In this document: piece by piece, positions 1 through 17,094 of the stretch
Layout of the letters: each line of letters starts with the position of its first letter
Position numbering within the stretch: position 1 is the stretch's first letter
NCBI RefSeq assembly: GCF_009914755.1
Contig: NC_060947.1
DNA length: 64,000 bases
Reading direction: 5' to 3' (one strand)
DNA from: the human T2T-CHM13v2.0 reference genome, Homo sapiens
Notes under the pieces: model-generated
The model's input: only the letters and a program-made list of their open reading frames with translations
The model's database searches: none
What the model was told of the DNA's origin: nothing
Position numbers and translations under genes: made by a program

Positions 1-298
1 GTGGGGATACAGACATGCAAGCAGTGCATTTTAGAATGATGGCGTAGGTGTAAGAGAAGCTTTCAAACAGCTGCTCTTTTTGTGACATGCAAGAGAAATG
101 GGATAAACATATACCCTCAAGGGATTACAGTTGCTACTAGATACGAAGACCTCCTTTATGGACTAGCTGTGTGCCTGCTCTGTAAACTCTGTGAAGGCAA
201 GGACCGTGCCTATTTTGCTCTTTGTTATATCTGACCTTAAATACTAGGAATAACAACTTTGCTGCTTCCCTCTCTGATCCTCAGATGTTTCTACTAGA

Positions 299-477
299 AC
301 AAGTGTTGGCAAATTATTGGACAAATCTGGCCCTGTTTTCATATGGTTTACAAGCTAAGAATTGTTTCTACATTTTAAATGGTTATATGTACCTATGTAA
401 TGCCCTAGACTTTTATCCCACAAAGCCTAAAATATTTACTATCTGGCCCTTTTACACTAAAAGTTTGCCAACCTCCA
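299..477. mobile_element. MER58-like hAT-Charlie DNA transposon fragment
   Basis: Ends 'ttggcaaa...tttgccaacc' plus internal 'aagctaagaattgtttctacattttaaatggtt' resemble the MER58 consensus as recalled. Confidence 0.55.
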
Positions 478-989
478 TGTTGGAAATCGGAAAGCAGAGA
501 TGGTGAACAGGTGGTGAACAGCTCCACTCCACACTGTCAGTTCTTGCTACATAAAAGGAGTTGAATCTGTAATATATTTAGAGGAAATCTTAACCAACAG
601 TAAGGAGAAATAAAGAGAACAATATTGTCCCAGACAGCCAGTGAGTCTCTTAGAAGTCATTGACTCTACGTAAAGGCCTTGGTTAGACTGAGCTTTTGAA
701 GTACAAGAAAAGGCATGAGTTATTTCTTTTCTGTATCTTTCACACCCAGCATATAGGGTCTGGCAAATTTTAGGCACTCAGTAAATCTTTGGCGGATGAA
801 TGAATAAATGAATTTATGAATCAAAGAGGAGAAAATTACTTTACATTTTAATTTAGCCTGCACTGAAATTTACTATTCAGCTTTACTGATTTTCAAGGCT
901 TACAAAATGTGATAGCCCTGACGATCTATTCTAACCTGATATCACTAGTTGTGCCAAGTCTTAATACCTCCCTCCTTTCCCTCCTCCTT

Positions 990-1042
990 CTTGTCGTTGT
1001 TGTTGTTGTTGTTCTTCTTCTTCTTCTTCTTCCTTTTTCTCC
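990..1042. repeat. Compound (TTG)n(TTC)n microsatellite, probably the decayed poly(A) tail of the HNRNPH1 retrocopy
   Basis: Repeat seen directly; it is A-rich on the minus strand just downstream of the pseudogene AATAAA once the Alu is removed. Confidence 0.7.
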
Positions 1043-1043
1043 T

Positions 1044-3406
1044 TTCAGTTTTTAAAAGGAAGATTGGCCGGGTGCAGTGGCTCACGCCTGTAATCCCAGC
1101 ACTTTTGGAGGCTGAGACAGGCAGATCACCTGAGGTCAGGAGTTCGAGACCAGCCTGGCCAACATGGGGAAACCCCATCGCTACTAAAAATACAAAACTT
1201 AGCCGGGCGTGGTGGCATGCTCCCATAATCCCAGCTACCCAGGAGGCTGAGGCAGGAGAATCACTGGAACCCAGTGGGCAGAGGCTGCCTTGAGCCGAGA
1301 TTGTGCCACTGCACTTCAGGCTGGGCGACAGAGCAAGACTCCATCTCAAAAAAAAAAATTAAAAAAAAGAAAGATTTATTTGACAAGTTTCTTATGGTAT
1401 AATATACCTAGAAGAAAATCACAATACAATGAAAGATTAAAATCGAGGCCTAAGAATTTCATATAAACACCAAGACCACAATCCTAAAGTATTGGTATTG
1501 GATCTCTAATTTTTTCCCATTAACTTAAATAAAGCTTAAACAAACATGCCCTACAGGTTATTAAATGAAACTAGAATTAAAAAACGTGCCAAAAATTTTT
1601 ACTTTAATTCCAGACACAGCTCTTATATTGAGTTTTATGAAAAAAAAAAAAGCATGTATTTCAACATGCATCCAAACTGTGTTCAATGTAACGTGGTATA
1701 AGGGCAACAACTAACTTAATTCAACTGCTTTAACCTAAATACATTTACTGCTTCAGTACATTGTACAATATAACTAACTTGAGAAAAACGAAAACTTTTT
1801 TAACAGTTATAGTTTACTCGACTTCACTGTTACATCCTAGAGGAGTACTGTGTTCAAAAACATTGAGCCTTAATTAAGTCTGCAGAACAATCCTGATTTC
1901 CACTTAGAGAGTAAGCATAAACCACGAGCTTGTACTTCAAAAACTGTTAAACTGAAGTTTTTTTCTTAGAAAAAAGTTGGCCAAGAGTCCGTGATGAGGA
2001 TCAATTACATTCTTCATCCACCACTCATATCAGACATGTTAGACATCCCTCCCATGCTGTTCACGCCCATAGATGCATGGCTTCCTCTACTGTAGTAGCT
2101 GCTGTTTATCGCTCCTTGGCTACTTATGTAATGTTTGATTGAAGATTACTGGAGTTTTCCTGCAAAACTTGATCGTATCCACTCATGCTGCTCTAGCCAC
2201 CATAGCTGCCTGCATAACCATCACTCAACTGTTGGCTGGCTGGGCCACTGTAACTGAACTGGTTTGACAAGCCTATAACTCCCATCATTTGGCTACCATA
2301 ACCACCACCACTTGGTGGTACTGTAGAATCCAAGAAGAGTTCTACATATCTGTGATGCATATTTGCTTTGTCTTTTGACGTAGCTGCCACAGCATCTTCT
2401 GAGTTACAAACTCGACATTTGCTTCACCAGTTACTCTGCCATCAGGACCAATTACAATGTGTACTCTCCATGACTGAGCAGTGAAAAAAATTATAAATAT
2501 CATTCTCAGTAGCTCTGTAAGGTAATCCACACATGTGTACACAGTGTCCCATTGTGCTCTGGAAGGTAGAGCCACCATCTTCATATCTATGATCAGGCAT
2601 TCCTAAAAAACTATAATTGAAGTTTCTTCCAAATCTATCTGACCCACATTCATAGCCATCATTATAACCATTATAATCATTATAGCCTCCATAGCTTCCA
2701 CCATAAGCACCACACCGCATCCTCTCAAAGCCATCTCCTCTGCTAATGCTGTTATGCTCTTTGCCAGCCCCAGGTCTGTCATAGGGACCTGGCTGCTGCA
2801 TGGCCATAAGCCCATACATGTGCCTTATTCTTTCCTTGTGTTTCTCTAGAGCATTTTCAGCTATTTCCTGTGAAGCCTACTGCACAAAGGCCTCCCCTGT
2901 ACTCCTTCCCTGGAAATCCACCATCAGTGTTATGCCATTTGGCACGATTTCCAACCATGAGAAGAACTGAACAATTTCTTCCTTGCTACATTCAAAGGGG
3001 AGTACAAAGCCATCATTGGCCATGTCAGAACTATCTGGACCACTATGCTTCAGCACCCAATCCATTTCAACATTGTTTGACTTGAATACTGAAACATATC
3101 TGTGTCCTATAGTTTCTTTGTCTTTTTTTCAGGGCCAATTTGACCTCATACTCTCAAGTTCAGCAAAAGTCTCACCACTTGGTCTGCCTTCTCTGCTGTA
3201 GATGAAATGAATACGTTGAGCCTTATTTTAAATTTTGCACTCAGAAAAAAATCCACTGCACTTTATTGGCTGAGCAAGACTAGGGCAATCTCTGGACCTT
3301 CGTTATGAATCCTGCTCCACCGTCAGCACCCAACATCATCATCTCTTACAGGATCTGACATTGAAACAGACTAGACCCCTGACTTTGCCGTGACTGAGCA
3401 GAAAAT
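1044..3406 (-). pseudogene. HNRNPH1P2: Processed pseudogene of HNRNPH1 (CDS-homologous part about 3339-2124), interrupted near its 3' end by an Alu
   Basis: Intronless minus-strand homology: [62 protein letters not shown]; 5'UTR 'gtaagagatgATGATGttggg' matches HNRNPH1; AATAAA at 1380-1375; stops, frameshifts and deletions. Symbol from recall of the locus. Confidence 0.9.
1066..1368 (+). mobile_element. AluS element
   Basis: GGCCGGGTGCAGTGGCTCACGCC start, dimeric body, A tail; imperfect TSD aaaggaagatt / aaagaaagatt. Confidence 0.95.
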
Positions 3407-3521
3407 CTTCTCCTTTATTTTTTTTTCCTACATGTTCATGTCTATTGCTTCCATGGTAACCCAACTTTCATCTACTGTTTGTTTCATTCACCTTTAACAG
3501 AAACTGCTTTAGTTCATGTGT

Positions 3522-3710
3522 TTCTTTAATTTTAATTTTATTTTAGATTCCGGGAGACATGTGCAGAATGTGCAGGTTTGTTACATAGGTAAATGTGTGC
3601 CATGGCAGTTTGCTGCACAGGCTAACAGCAGACCTCTCAGCAGAAAACCTACAAGCCAGGAGAGAGTGGGTGCCAACATTCAACATTCTTAAAGAAAATA
3701 ATTTTTAACC
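3522..3710 (-). mobile_element. Tiny inverted L1: minus-strand 3' end (about 3522-3620) fused to a plus-strand ORF1 fragment (3621-3710)
   Basis: 'gtgcaggtttgttacataggtaaatgtgtgccatgg' is an L1PA 3' end reversed; 'gcagacctctcagcagaaaacctacaagccaggagagagtggg' is ORF1 sense, compare 51976-52020. Confidence 0.75.
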
Positions 3711-4238
3711 TGTGTGGTTTTAATTCTGATTTTCTCAGCTTGTCTTTGAGCTTTGGAATACCTATTTCAGCGTCTATGATTTTCTTTTATTATGTATATT
3801 TAAAACCTAAGAAAGACAATTTAAAAACTAAATGAATGAGAATATATCACCTATTCATTTAGACCCTGTTGAAATGTTATGTCTTGTAGGATCTGGATGT
3901 GAGGTGAATGTACATTTTATTGGCTTTAATTTAAATTGACAAAAAATGCTCATTATTTTTAAGAAGTCAAACAATTCGCAAGTAAAGGTAACAGTTAAAG
4001 TGCCCTTTGACTCTCTTGGATTATCAGCCCCAAACTCTCCTCCCTTATTTACGAAGGAAACATTTTTGCTAATCAGGCATACCTTGTAAATTTTTGGAGA
4101 CATTTACACACACACATATACACATAAAGGGTGTTTTAATCTTTTATTTCGAATAAGTGACATAAAAAGTCATAGTATATATATTTTTTCAACCTACTTC
4201 TTTTCCATGAACCTTTTTCCATATTAATACTTCATCTT

Positions 4239-4579
<341 letters not shown>

Positions 4580-5492
4580 CTTCATCTTATTGACCATTTT
4601 CATAAAATTAAATAGCATATGTACAGTATAACTAATTTTATTTTTGAGTTCATCTTTATAAATGAGTGATCATGTTATTTAGAGCCCTTTAATCATGTCG
4701 GTACTGCAGGTAGGAGACTTCCTAACATAGCATCAATTTTCTTGGAATGGAGTGCCTCATATATCTATAAAATGAAAACTTATTCTTTCCCAAGAATATC
4801 TTTAAGATGTCTTCACTTTGCAGGTAAGGGTTTGATTCTTTCTCAAACCATTTTCTAGGCCTGCACTATATTCTTTTCAACTGTCTGACAATTCATCTAA
4901 TTTGGGACTGTTGGTCTATCTTTTTTGTTTTCCCAAATTAAGTAAACAGTAAATAGAAGCAGAAGTAAATTCAAACCTAGGACTGCTTTTAGGCTGTCCG
5001 CGGGATATAAACAGCTAGATGGAAATGATAAACCTTTCAGTCCCCAACTGAGAGTGGTGGCTCAGAGAGTAATATATTAAGTGAACTAAGAGAAGGCATA
5101 ACGAAATGCTGTGGATGTGCAGAGGAGATCTTAATTCAGCTCGGGGCACTCAGAGAATGCTTCAGAGAAGTGGCAATTTAGCTGAGCCTTTAAGGAAGAG
5201 TTTTCCAAGAGGGCCAGAGGAAAAGTGTATTCCAGGGAGAGGAGAGAATGTTAAAACAGGGCAGGCACAGTGGAATGAAAGTTTATGTTATGTTCACAAA
5301 AGAGCAAGTAATTCAGGCTCTGTGAATAGGCAGTGTATGTTGGGGCCAAGTTGACAGGGACTAAGTGATAGTTAGGGTCAGATGATCGAGCATAGACTAT
5401 GTTAAGGAATGTAGAGCTTATCCTGAGAGTGATGGAAAGCCATGGGAGCATTTCATGCAAGGGCTTGAAAGGACAAAGTTTGTGGTTTAGAA

Positions 5493-5768
5493 CAGGGGTC
5501 AGGAAACATTTTTTTCTGTAAAGAGCCAGATGGTAAACATTTTAGGATTTGGTAGGCCACATGTGGTCTTCACTGCATATGCCTCATTTTCTTCTTTGCT
5601 TCACCTCCTCCTCCACCTTTGCCTTCTCTTCTTCCTCCTTTCTGTCCTCCTCCTCCTTTTTCCTTTACGATCCTTTAAATAGGGAAAAACTAATCTTATC
5701 TCAACGGCCATATGAAAACAGGAAAAGGGCTGGATTTTGACATTGGGCTGCAGTTTGCGGGCCTCCAC
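5493..5768. mobile_element. MER58-like DNA transposon
   Basis: 'caggggtcaggaaac...tctgtaaagagccagatggtaaacattttagg...gggctgcagtttgc' resembles MER58. Confidence 0.6.
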
Positions 5769-6132
5769 TTTATAAGATAGTGGTTCAAAAGTTTGAAGTA
5801 ATCGTAGACATTGTTCGATTTATGTCTCCTTGGACCTTTAGGGCTTGGGGTGGGGAAGAGTGTGATTCTAGATCTGCCTGGCAGTGCTTTCCCTGCATAA
5901 GCCTGGACAGAGAGTAGGTTAGGGCACTGCATCCCTAACCCTGTCCCCATTCTTTGGGGACATGGGTAACTGAGATAACTCTTAGAGCAAAGGCAGCATC
6001 CTTAAGGTTTGCAGCCAACTCCAGAGTCAATACAAAGGTAGGCTGAGACTACACAAAATGGTTTAAAGACTGCAGAAGGAAAGAAAAAATGAGGCTCCGG
6101 GCTTAGGTTTACGGGAACTCCATGAGTTATGA

Positions 6133-6561
<429 letters not shown>

Positions 6562-6589
6562 AAGAAAAGTATTTTAAAACTCTTTCTTG

Positions 6590-7998
6590 TTTTTTTTTTA
6601 ATTTTAATTTTAGGTTTGTGGGTAAATGTGAAGGTTTGTTACACAGATAAACACGGCACAGGGGTTTGTTGTACATATTATTACATCACCCAGGTAGTAA
6701 GCTCAGTACCCAATAGTTATCTTTGCTGCTCCTTTCCCTCCTCCCATCCTCCTCCCTCAAGTAGACATCAGTGTCTGGAGTTTCCTTCTCTATATTCCTT
6801 AGTTCTTATTGTTTAGCTCCCCGCTTATAATTGAGAACACACAGTGTCTGGTTTTCTGTTCCTACATTACTTCTCTTAGAATGATAGCCTCCAGCTCCAT
6901 CCGTGTTCCCGCAAAAGACATGATCATGTTCATTTTTATGGCTGCATAATATTCCACAATACACATGTACCACGTTTTCTTTGTCCAGTCTGTCATTGAT
7001 GGGCATTTAGTTTGATCCCATGTCTTTGCTGTTGTGAACAGTGCTGCAATGAACATTCACATGCATGTGTCTTTACATAGAATGATTTATATTTATCTGG
7101 GTATATAACCAGTAAGGGATTGCTGGGTCAAGGGGTAGTTCTGCTTTTAGCTGTTCGAGGAATCATGCTACTGAATTCCACAATGGCTGAACTAATTTAC
7201 AATCCCACCAATAGTGTATAAGTGTTCCCTTTTCTCTGAGACCTTGCCAGCATCTGTTATTTTTTGACTTTTAATAGTAGCCATTCTGACTGGTGTGAGA
7301 TGGTATCTCATTGTGATTTTGATTTGCATTTCTCTAACGATCAGTGATATTGATCTTTTTTCATAGACTTGTTGGCTGCATGTATGTCTTCTTTATAAAA
7401 GTGTCTGTTCATGTCCTTTGCCCACTTTTTAATGGGGTTGTTTTTTTCTCTTATAAACTTGTTTAAATTTCTTGTAGACGCTGGATATTAGACCTCTGTC
7501 AGATGCATAGTTTGAAAATATTTTCTCCCATTCTGTAGATTGACAGTTTACTCTGTTTATAGTTTCTTTTGCTGTGCAGAATCTCTTAAGTTTTATTAGA
7601 TTCTATTTGTCAATTTTTGCTTTTGTTGTGATTGCTTTTGGTGTCTTTGTCATGAAATATTTGCCCATACCTAGGACCAAGATGGTATTGCCTAGGTTGT
7701 CTTCCAGGGTTTTTATAATTTTGGGTTTTACATTTAAGTCTTTAATCCATTTTGAGTTGATTTTTGTATATGGTGTAAGGAAGGGGTCCAGCTTCAGTCT
7801 TCTGCATATGGCTAGCCAGTTATCCCAGCACTATTTATTACACAGGGAGTCTTTTCATCATTGCTTGTTTTTGTCAGCTTTGTCAAAGATCAGATGACTG
7901 TAGATGTGTCGCCTTATTTCTGGGCTCTCTATTCTGTTCCATTAGTCTATGTGCCTGTTTTTGTACCATTACCATGCTGTTTTGGTCACAGTAGCCCT
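6590..7998 (-). mobile_element. 5'-truncated L1 (old L1PA/L1PB), 3'UTR and end of ORF2
   Basis: ORF MFIAALFTTAKTWDQTKCPS...EYYAAIK is the ORF2p C-terminus; T-rich tail at the left end. Confidence 0.9.
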
Positions 7999-9379
7999 CA
8001 TCCCCGGGAAACATATATCTTTTAAGGTTCGATTGCCAAATTAAACATTTACGATTTACCTTTCATACTTCCTCCTCTGAACTTAAATTTCTCAACTAGT
8101 CTTCTGCTATGACTTTTGAGGTTTTATATGCAATTGATCGCATTATCACTTTCTGGGAGTTTTTGAGAACTCAGAAACCATGACAAATTCTCTGAGGGGA
8201 AAAATGCAAGTTTATAAATTCATGGATTAAGCAATTTAGTCCCTTTTATGACAAAGAGACCTTTGGTTTTCATGCATGATGTGATAGAAAAAGATAACAG
8301 AAGAATGTCATTCAATGTTAATCTGCACATTTCATTTTTACCCTAATTGTGTGCAAATGAAAAGGGCCTCTAAACATTCCAAAGGGCTTTTCACTACTCA
8401 TTAACCACATATAAATGCATGGACAGTGGTTTGCCCCAGAAAATTGCCTTGAAGGTGATTTGAATGTATAGCTTCTGATTAAAGGGCAGACCTCTTCTCC
8501 TGGCCTCATCAGTTCTTTGACTCTCTGTTGTTACAATTGCTGATAATTTTGGAATTTATTACAAGCTACGATGAGGTTTAGATCATAGTCTGGGCACCAG
8601 GGTCAAAGTAAAAAGAGTACTGCCATGTGGTTCAGTGTGTGTGACCTCAAACCACATTTAAGTGGTACAGCCCGAGCCCTTCAGAGATCAGATTACAGAG
8701 AGCTCCGCTTTGTCCCCACACATGTGCCCTTTTCTTCAGCTTCATCAAACTAATGGGGACCTTCAAATGTTTTAGCTTTTTATTTTTTGTTTTGCCTCTA
8801 ATCATTGTGTCTTCTCTCATTCTGAAACTTTTTTTTCCTTAAAATTTATATAAACAATTTTTGGGTATTCTTATAGTTTGTAAAATCTATATTGATATTC
8901 AAAAGTAAATTACATATATGATACATAGAAAATGTGTATTCTTTGTGTAATATGTTTAAACAACACAGAAATATACAGAGCCAAAGGTGAAATTGCCTCT
9001 TTATCAATGCTACTCTGTCTCATACATACATTTTTTTGAGATCTTCAGTTATTTTATAGTACTATGTAGCACATTTAAAAAAATGCGTAAGTACTAAAAA
9101 TAAATAGGTATCTATACTTTTTGGATTTTCTTTGCGGTCTAACCTTCTAGGTTTGCACTCCTAAATATATACTTTAGTTTAAACAGATTTTGCACTTTTT
9201 TTAAATAGAACAGTGTATAATGTGTCTTGCTTTATTCGCCCTCCATTTGGTTTGTGAAATGATTCATTAATGTTTATATGTGGCTATAGATTGTGTAGTA
9301 TTCTACTGTGTGCATAAAGAAAAAGAAGGAAAGGAGAGTAGGAGAGGGAAAAGGAAGAAGGGCAAGGGAAGGAAAGGGT

Positions 9380-10915
<1,536 letters not shown>

Positions 10916-11795
10916 CATTACAAAGGTGTTCCCAGAATTAAAAAGAGTCAACATAGCCCCCACCTCTCAACGGCAGAGTGTGAACCTCATGTTGTAAGAG
11001 GAACATGCAGGATGAGGTCATTATTGGTGCTGTCATTTTTGTAAAATACAATCTATCCTACCTGGCCTCTTTGAATAGTCCGAGAGCTGGTCCAGGAATA
11101 GCAACTGTAATCAAAATTGTATCTATGTTCATTCTTTTGAAAATAATGTGTATACTTTTAATGAGACTCATAATGGAGTCCATTGGCCAATTTTTTTAAA
11201 ACTTAAAATGTAAAAGCTTTAAGATTTAAATGACTGGTAATTCTATGGCAACTCTTTGAATAGTGAGGATTGCATAATGAAGGTGATTCCAATACTGATC
11301 TGTAAGAATAAAGGCTTTCAAGTGGATTTTCAGGCCTCAGCTATTTGGGTATAGATTGCTGGTAAAACGGAGCAGGTGAGCCCCTTGCTCTCTCCCCCTC
11401 ATATCAACAACAGGTAGGTTATTATTAACAACGTGGTATGCACACGTCATAGCTCAGATTTTGCCTAATTCACACTTTAACACATTTTACTGTTAAATCC
11501 CTAAACTGTCTATCATCCATCAAATTTTGAATGGATGTAAAACATCCAGAAAATCAGTACTGTATTATATATTTTGAGTCCTTTCCTAGTGGTGCTTCCA
11601 GTCAAACATCAGCTCAACTTGAGTAGTGTTGCAATTCTTAGTGAATATCAAGTTTTATTGTATAGTTATTTGAATTTTTATATTTATTTTATACTGTCTG
11701 TATAGCTAATACCATGAGAGGAAACATGTAGCTAATAACATGAGAGGAAAACAGAAAATCATACATGCTGTTGCAGAGGTCTCATAACCTTAATA

Positions 11796-13401
<1,606 letters not shown>

Positions 13402-13699
13402 TATAATTGAGGGAGAAAAAGTTAGTCTCTCAAATGATACGAATTGTTAGCTTTATTTAGATGTTGTTCTAATAGCTTTATATTCAAATCTGAAGGAAAA
13501 GAGCTGAATTAAGGGAATTCATGAGACGATAAAGGTGCATTACAATCAGTATTTTGTGGCATCTGGACTTGTTGAGATAATAAACATAAAATAATTTTTA
13601 ATTTTTTCTCTAGGCATTGCCTTCAACCACACTTATTGAATCTCCGTTTCTCGTCATTTAATGAAGTCCTAGACAGATTACATAACTCTCTGGTCACTT

Positions 13700-14534
13700 T
13701 TTGTTATTAAAATTAAATCTATTGTATGATTTTTGTGTCTCAATTTCCCTCACTTCAGCTCCAAATTTTTTTTTTTTTTTTTTTTTTTTGTCTTTTACTA
13801 GCTTGCAGTTAGCTCTTGTTGCTCTAGTTCCTCTAGGTGGGATGTTAGGTTGTTAATTTGAGATCTTCCTAACTTTTTGATGTGGGCATTTAGTGCTGTA
13901 AAATTCCCTCTTAACACTGCTTTGGCTATGTCCTAGAGATTATGGTATGTTGTATATTTTTTCTCATTAATTTCAAAGAATTTATTGATTTCTGCCTTAA
14001 TTTTATTATTTACCCCAAAGTCATTCAGGAGCAGGTTGTTTAATTTCCATTAAGTTGTATGCTTTTGAGCAATTTCCTTAGCATTGATTTCTATTTTTAT
14101 TGCAATACGGTCCAAGAGTATGGCTAGTATGATTTCTGGTTTTTGAATTTGCTGAGGACTGTTTCATGCCCAATTGTGTGGTGGATTTTAGAGTCCATGC
14201 CATTTGGTGATGAGAACAATGTATATCCTGTTGTTTTGGGGTGGAAAGTTCTGTAGATGTCTATTAGGTCCATTTGGTCAAGTGTTGAGTTAAGGTCCCA
14301 AATATCTTTGTTAATTTTCTGCCTCAATGATCTATCTAATATCGTCACTGGGGTGTTAAAGTCTCCCACTATTACTGTGTGGTTCTAAGTCTTTTTGTAG
14401 GTCTCTAAGAACTTGCTTTATGAACCTGGGTGCTCCTGTCTTGAGTGAGTATGTAAGTAAGGTAGTTAGGTCTTCATGTTGAACTGAGCCCTTTACTGTC
14501 TTTTTGGATCTTTGGTAGTTTAAAGTCTGTTTTG
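13700..14534 (-). mobile_element. L1 ORF2 endonuclease-region fragment, left half of a split L1
   Basis: [47 protein letters not shown]. Confidence 0.88.
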
Positions 14535-15209
14535 GTTTTCCACCTATCGCTAACTACTATTTTAATAGTTTCCTCTTAACAAACCTCTTAAATGAAGCAT
14601 ATTCTTTAGGCGTAGTTCTTATATCTCTATTTTTATCCTTAAATTTCTGTCCCTGAAACCTCTTCTACTTCCGTATTGTTTATAACATCCTGATGAACAT
14701 TTCTCAAGTCATGATTTTGTTATGCCTGACCATCTTTACACTGTCCGATGGCTGGTTACCAAGATTACCAGTTAGATAACCAAACTGGTTAGATTACCAG
14801 TTACTAGTAGAACATGAAATCTTGCACATCATCATCTTTTCCCATATTTGCTCTAACTTCTCATTTCCTTAACTATCTGTTAGTGCTAATATTATTGTTT
14901 GTATGAAATTTATCTTTGACTTTTTCCTTGCTTCTCACACCCAGATCTGTCAGTTTCTCTTTCTTGCTGCAGTACACCAGACACCCTTACCATTACCAAA
15001 TAAGAGATCTCCTCATATCCAGATGTACCCAGTCCCACCATTCAATTAATGAATTCTGGATTTCTGAAAGAAATCTATTTTCCTCTTTATTTTTCCCAAT
15101 TATATATGTAATAAATATTCATTATTGTAAACTTATTCATTATTTTTTACTACAACAGTGAAATGTAAAAATAGTAAGAATTGCATCCCCACTGTTAATA
15201 TTCTGATGT

Positions 15210-15211
<2 letters not shown>

Positions 15212-15248
<37 letters not shown>
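15212..15248. repeat. (CA)n microsatellite
   Basis: Seen directly. Confidence 0.97.
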
Positions 15249-15250
<2 letters not shown>

Positions 15251-16199
15251 ACTTTAAAGCAAATCTAGGATAATACTGTATATTCTGGTTTACATTTTGC
15301 TTTTTTTTTCCTGCTTAATCTTATGAATATCTCCCAATGTCTTTAAATGATTCTCCATAAAAAACCTTTTAACAGCCATATCACACTTACTTTTTGGTCA
15401 AACTCTATTTGTATATTCACCCCAATCATTCTTTGTGCCATTTCAGATGTTTCTAAATTTCTTCACTCGTGAATAACTCTTGGATCAATGTTTAAACAAT
15501 ATTTCAACAATGCTTATGCTCATCTCTGATCATTTCTTTGGGGTAAATGCCTACGGATAGAAATCATCTCAACTACCTTGTACCTTTCAGGTTTGTTGAA
15601 ATATGATGTCAAATTTACCTTAAGAATGATTGAATCTCTTTTTCAATCTTTTAATGCTCCCGTGAGAATAACAAAAATATACCCAGTTTCCTATAACCTC
15701 ACTAATAAAAATTAAAACTGATACAAACAAAAAACATCCCTCACTAAAAAATTAAAACTGATAGCAGCTTCTGCTTTTTTTTCCTGTTTTTGTTTGTTCG
15801 TTTGTTTGCTTCATAGATTTTTTCCATCTCTTTACTTTGAGTCTATGGGTATCATTGCATGTGAGATGGGTGTCTTGAAGACAGCGTACTGTCAGGTTTT
15901 GGTTTTTTATCCAACTTGCCACTTTGTGCCTTTTAATTGGGGCATTTAGCTCATTTACACTCAAGGTGAGTATTGATGTGAATTTGATCCTGTTACCATG
16001 TTATTAGCTGATTATTATGCAGACATGTTTGTGTGGCTGCTGTATAGCATAACAGGTCTGTGTACTTGATTGTGTTTTTGTAGTAACCAGTAACAGTTTT
16101 TCCTTTTGGTATTCAGCACTCCCTTCAGGATCTCTTGTGAGGCACTGTAAGGCAGATCTGGTAGTAATGAATTCCCTTAGCATTTGCTTGTATGTATGA

Positions 16200-16535
<336 letters not shown>

Positions 16536-16566
16536 TAGTTTGGCCGAATATGAAAATCTTCGTTGA

Positions 16567-16916
<350 letters not shown>

Positions 16917-17094
16917 TTAAAGAATGTTGAATATAGGCACCCAATCTCTTCTGGCTTGTAGGGTTTCTGCTGACAGGTATCTTGTTAGCCTGATGAGATT
17001 CTCTTAGTAGGTGATCTGTCCCTTCTCTCTTGCTGCATTTAACTTTTTTTTTTTTTTTTCACTTCGGTCTTGGAGAATCTGATGATCATGTGTC

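Noticed and set aside
945-1349. Alu-derived ORFs here and at 4299, 6163, 11855, 16221, 28864 and 36467
   Set aside because: Standard translations of Alu sequence with no gene structure
13766-13789. Poly-T run as the tail of a prematurely polyadenylated L1
   Set aside because: L1 ORF2 sequence continues collinearly on both sides, so it is an expanded internal A tract
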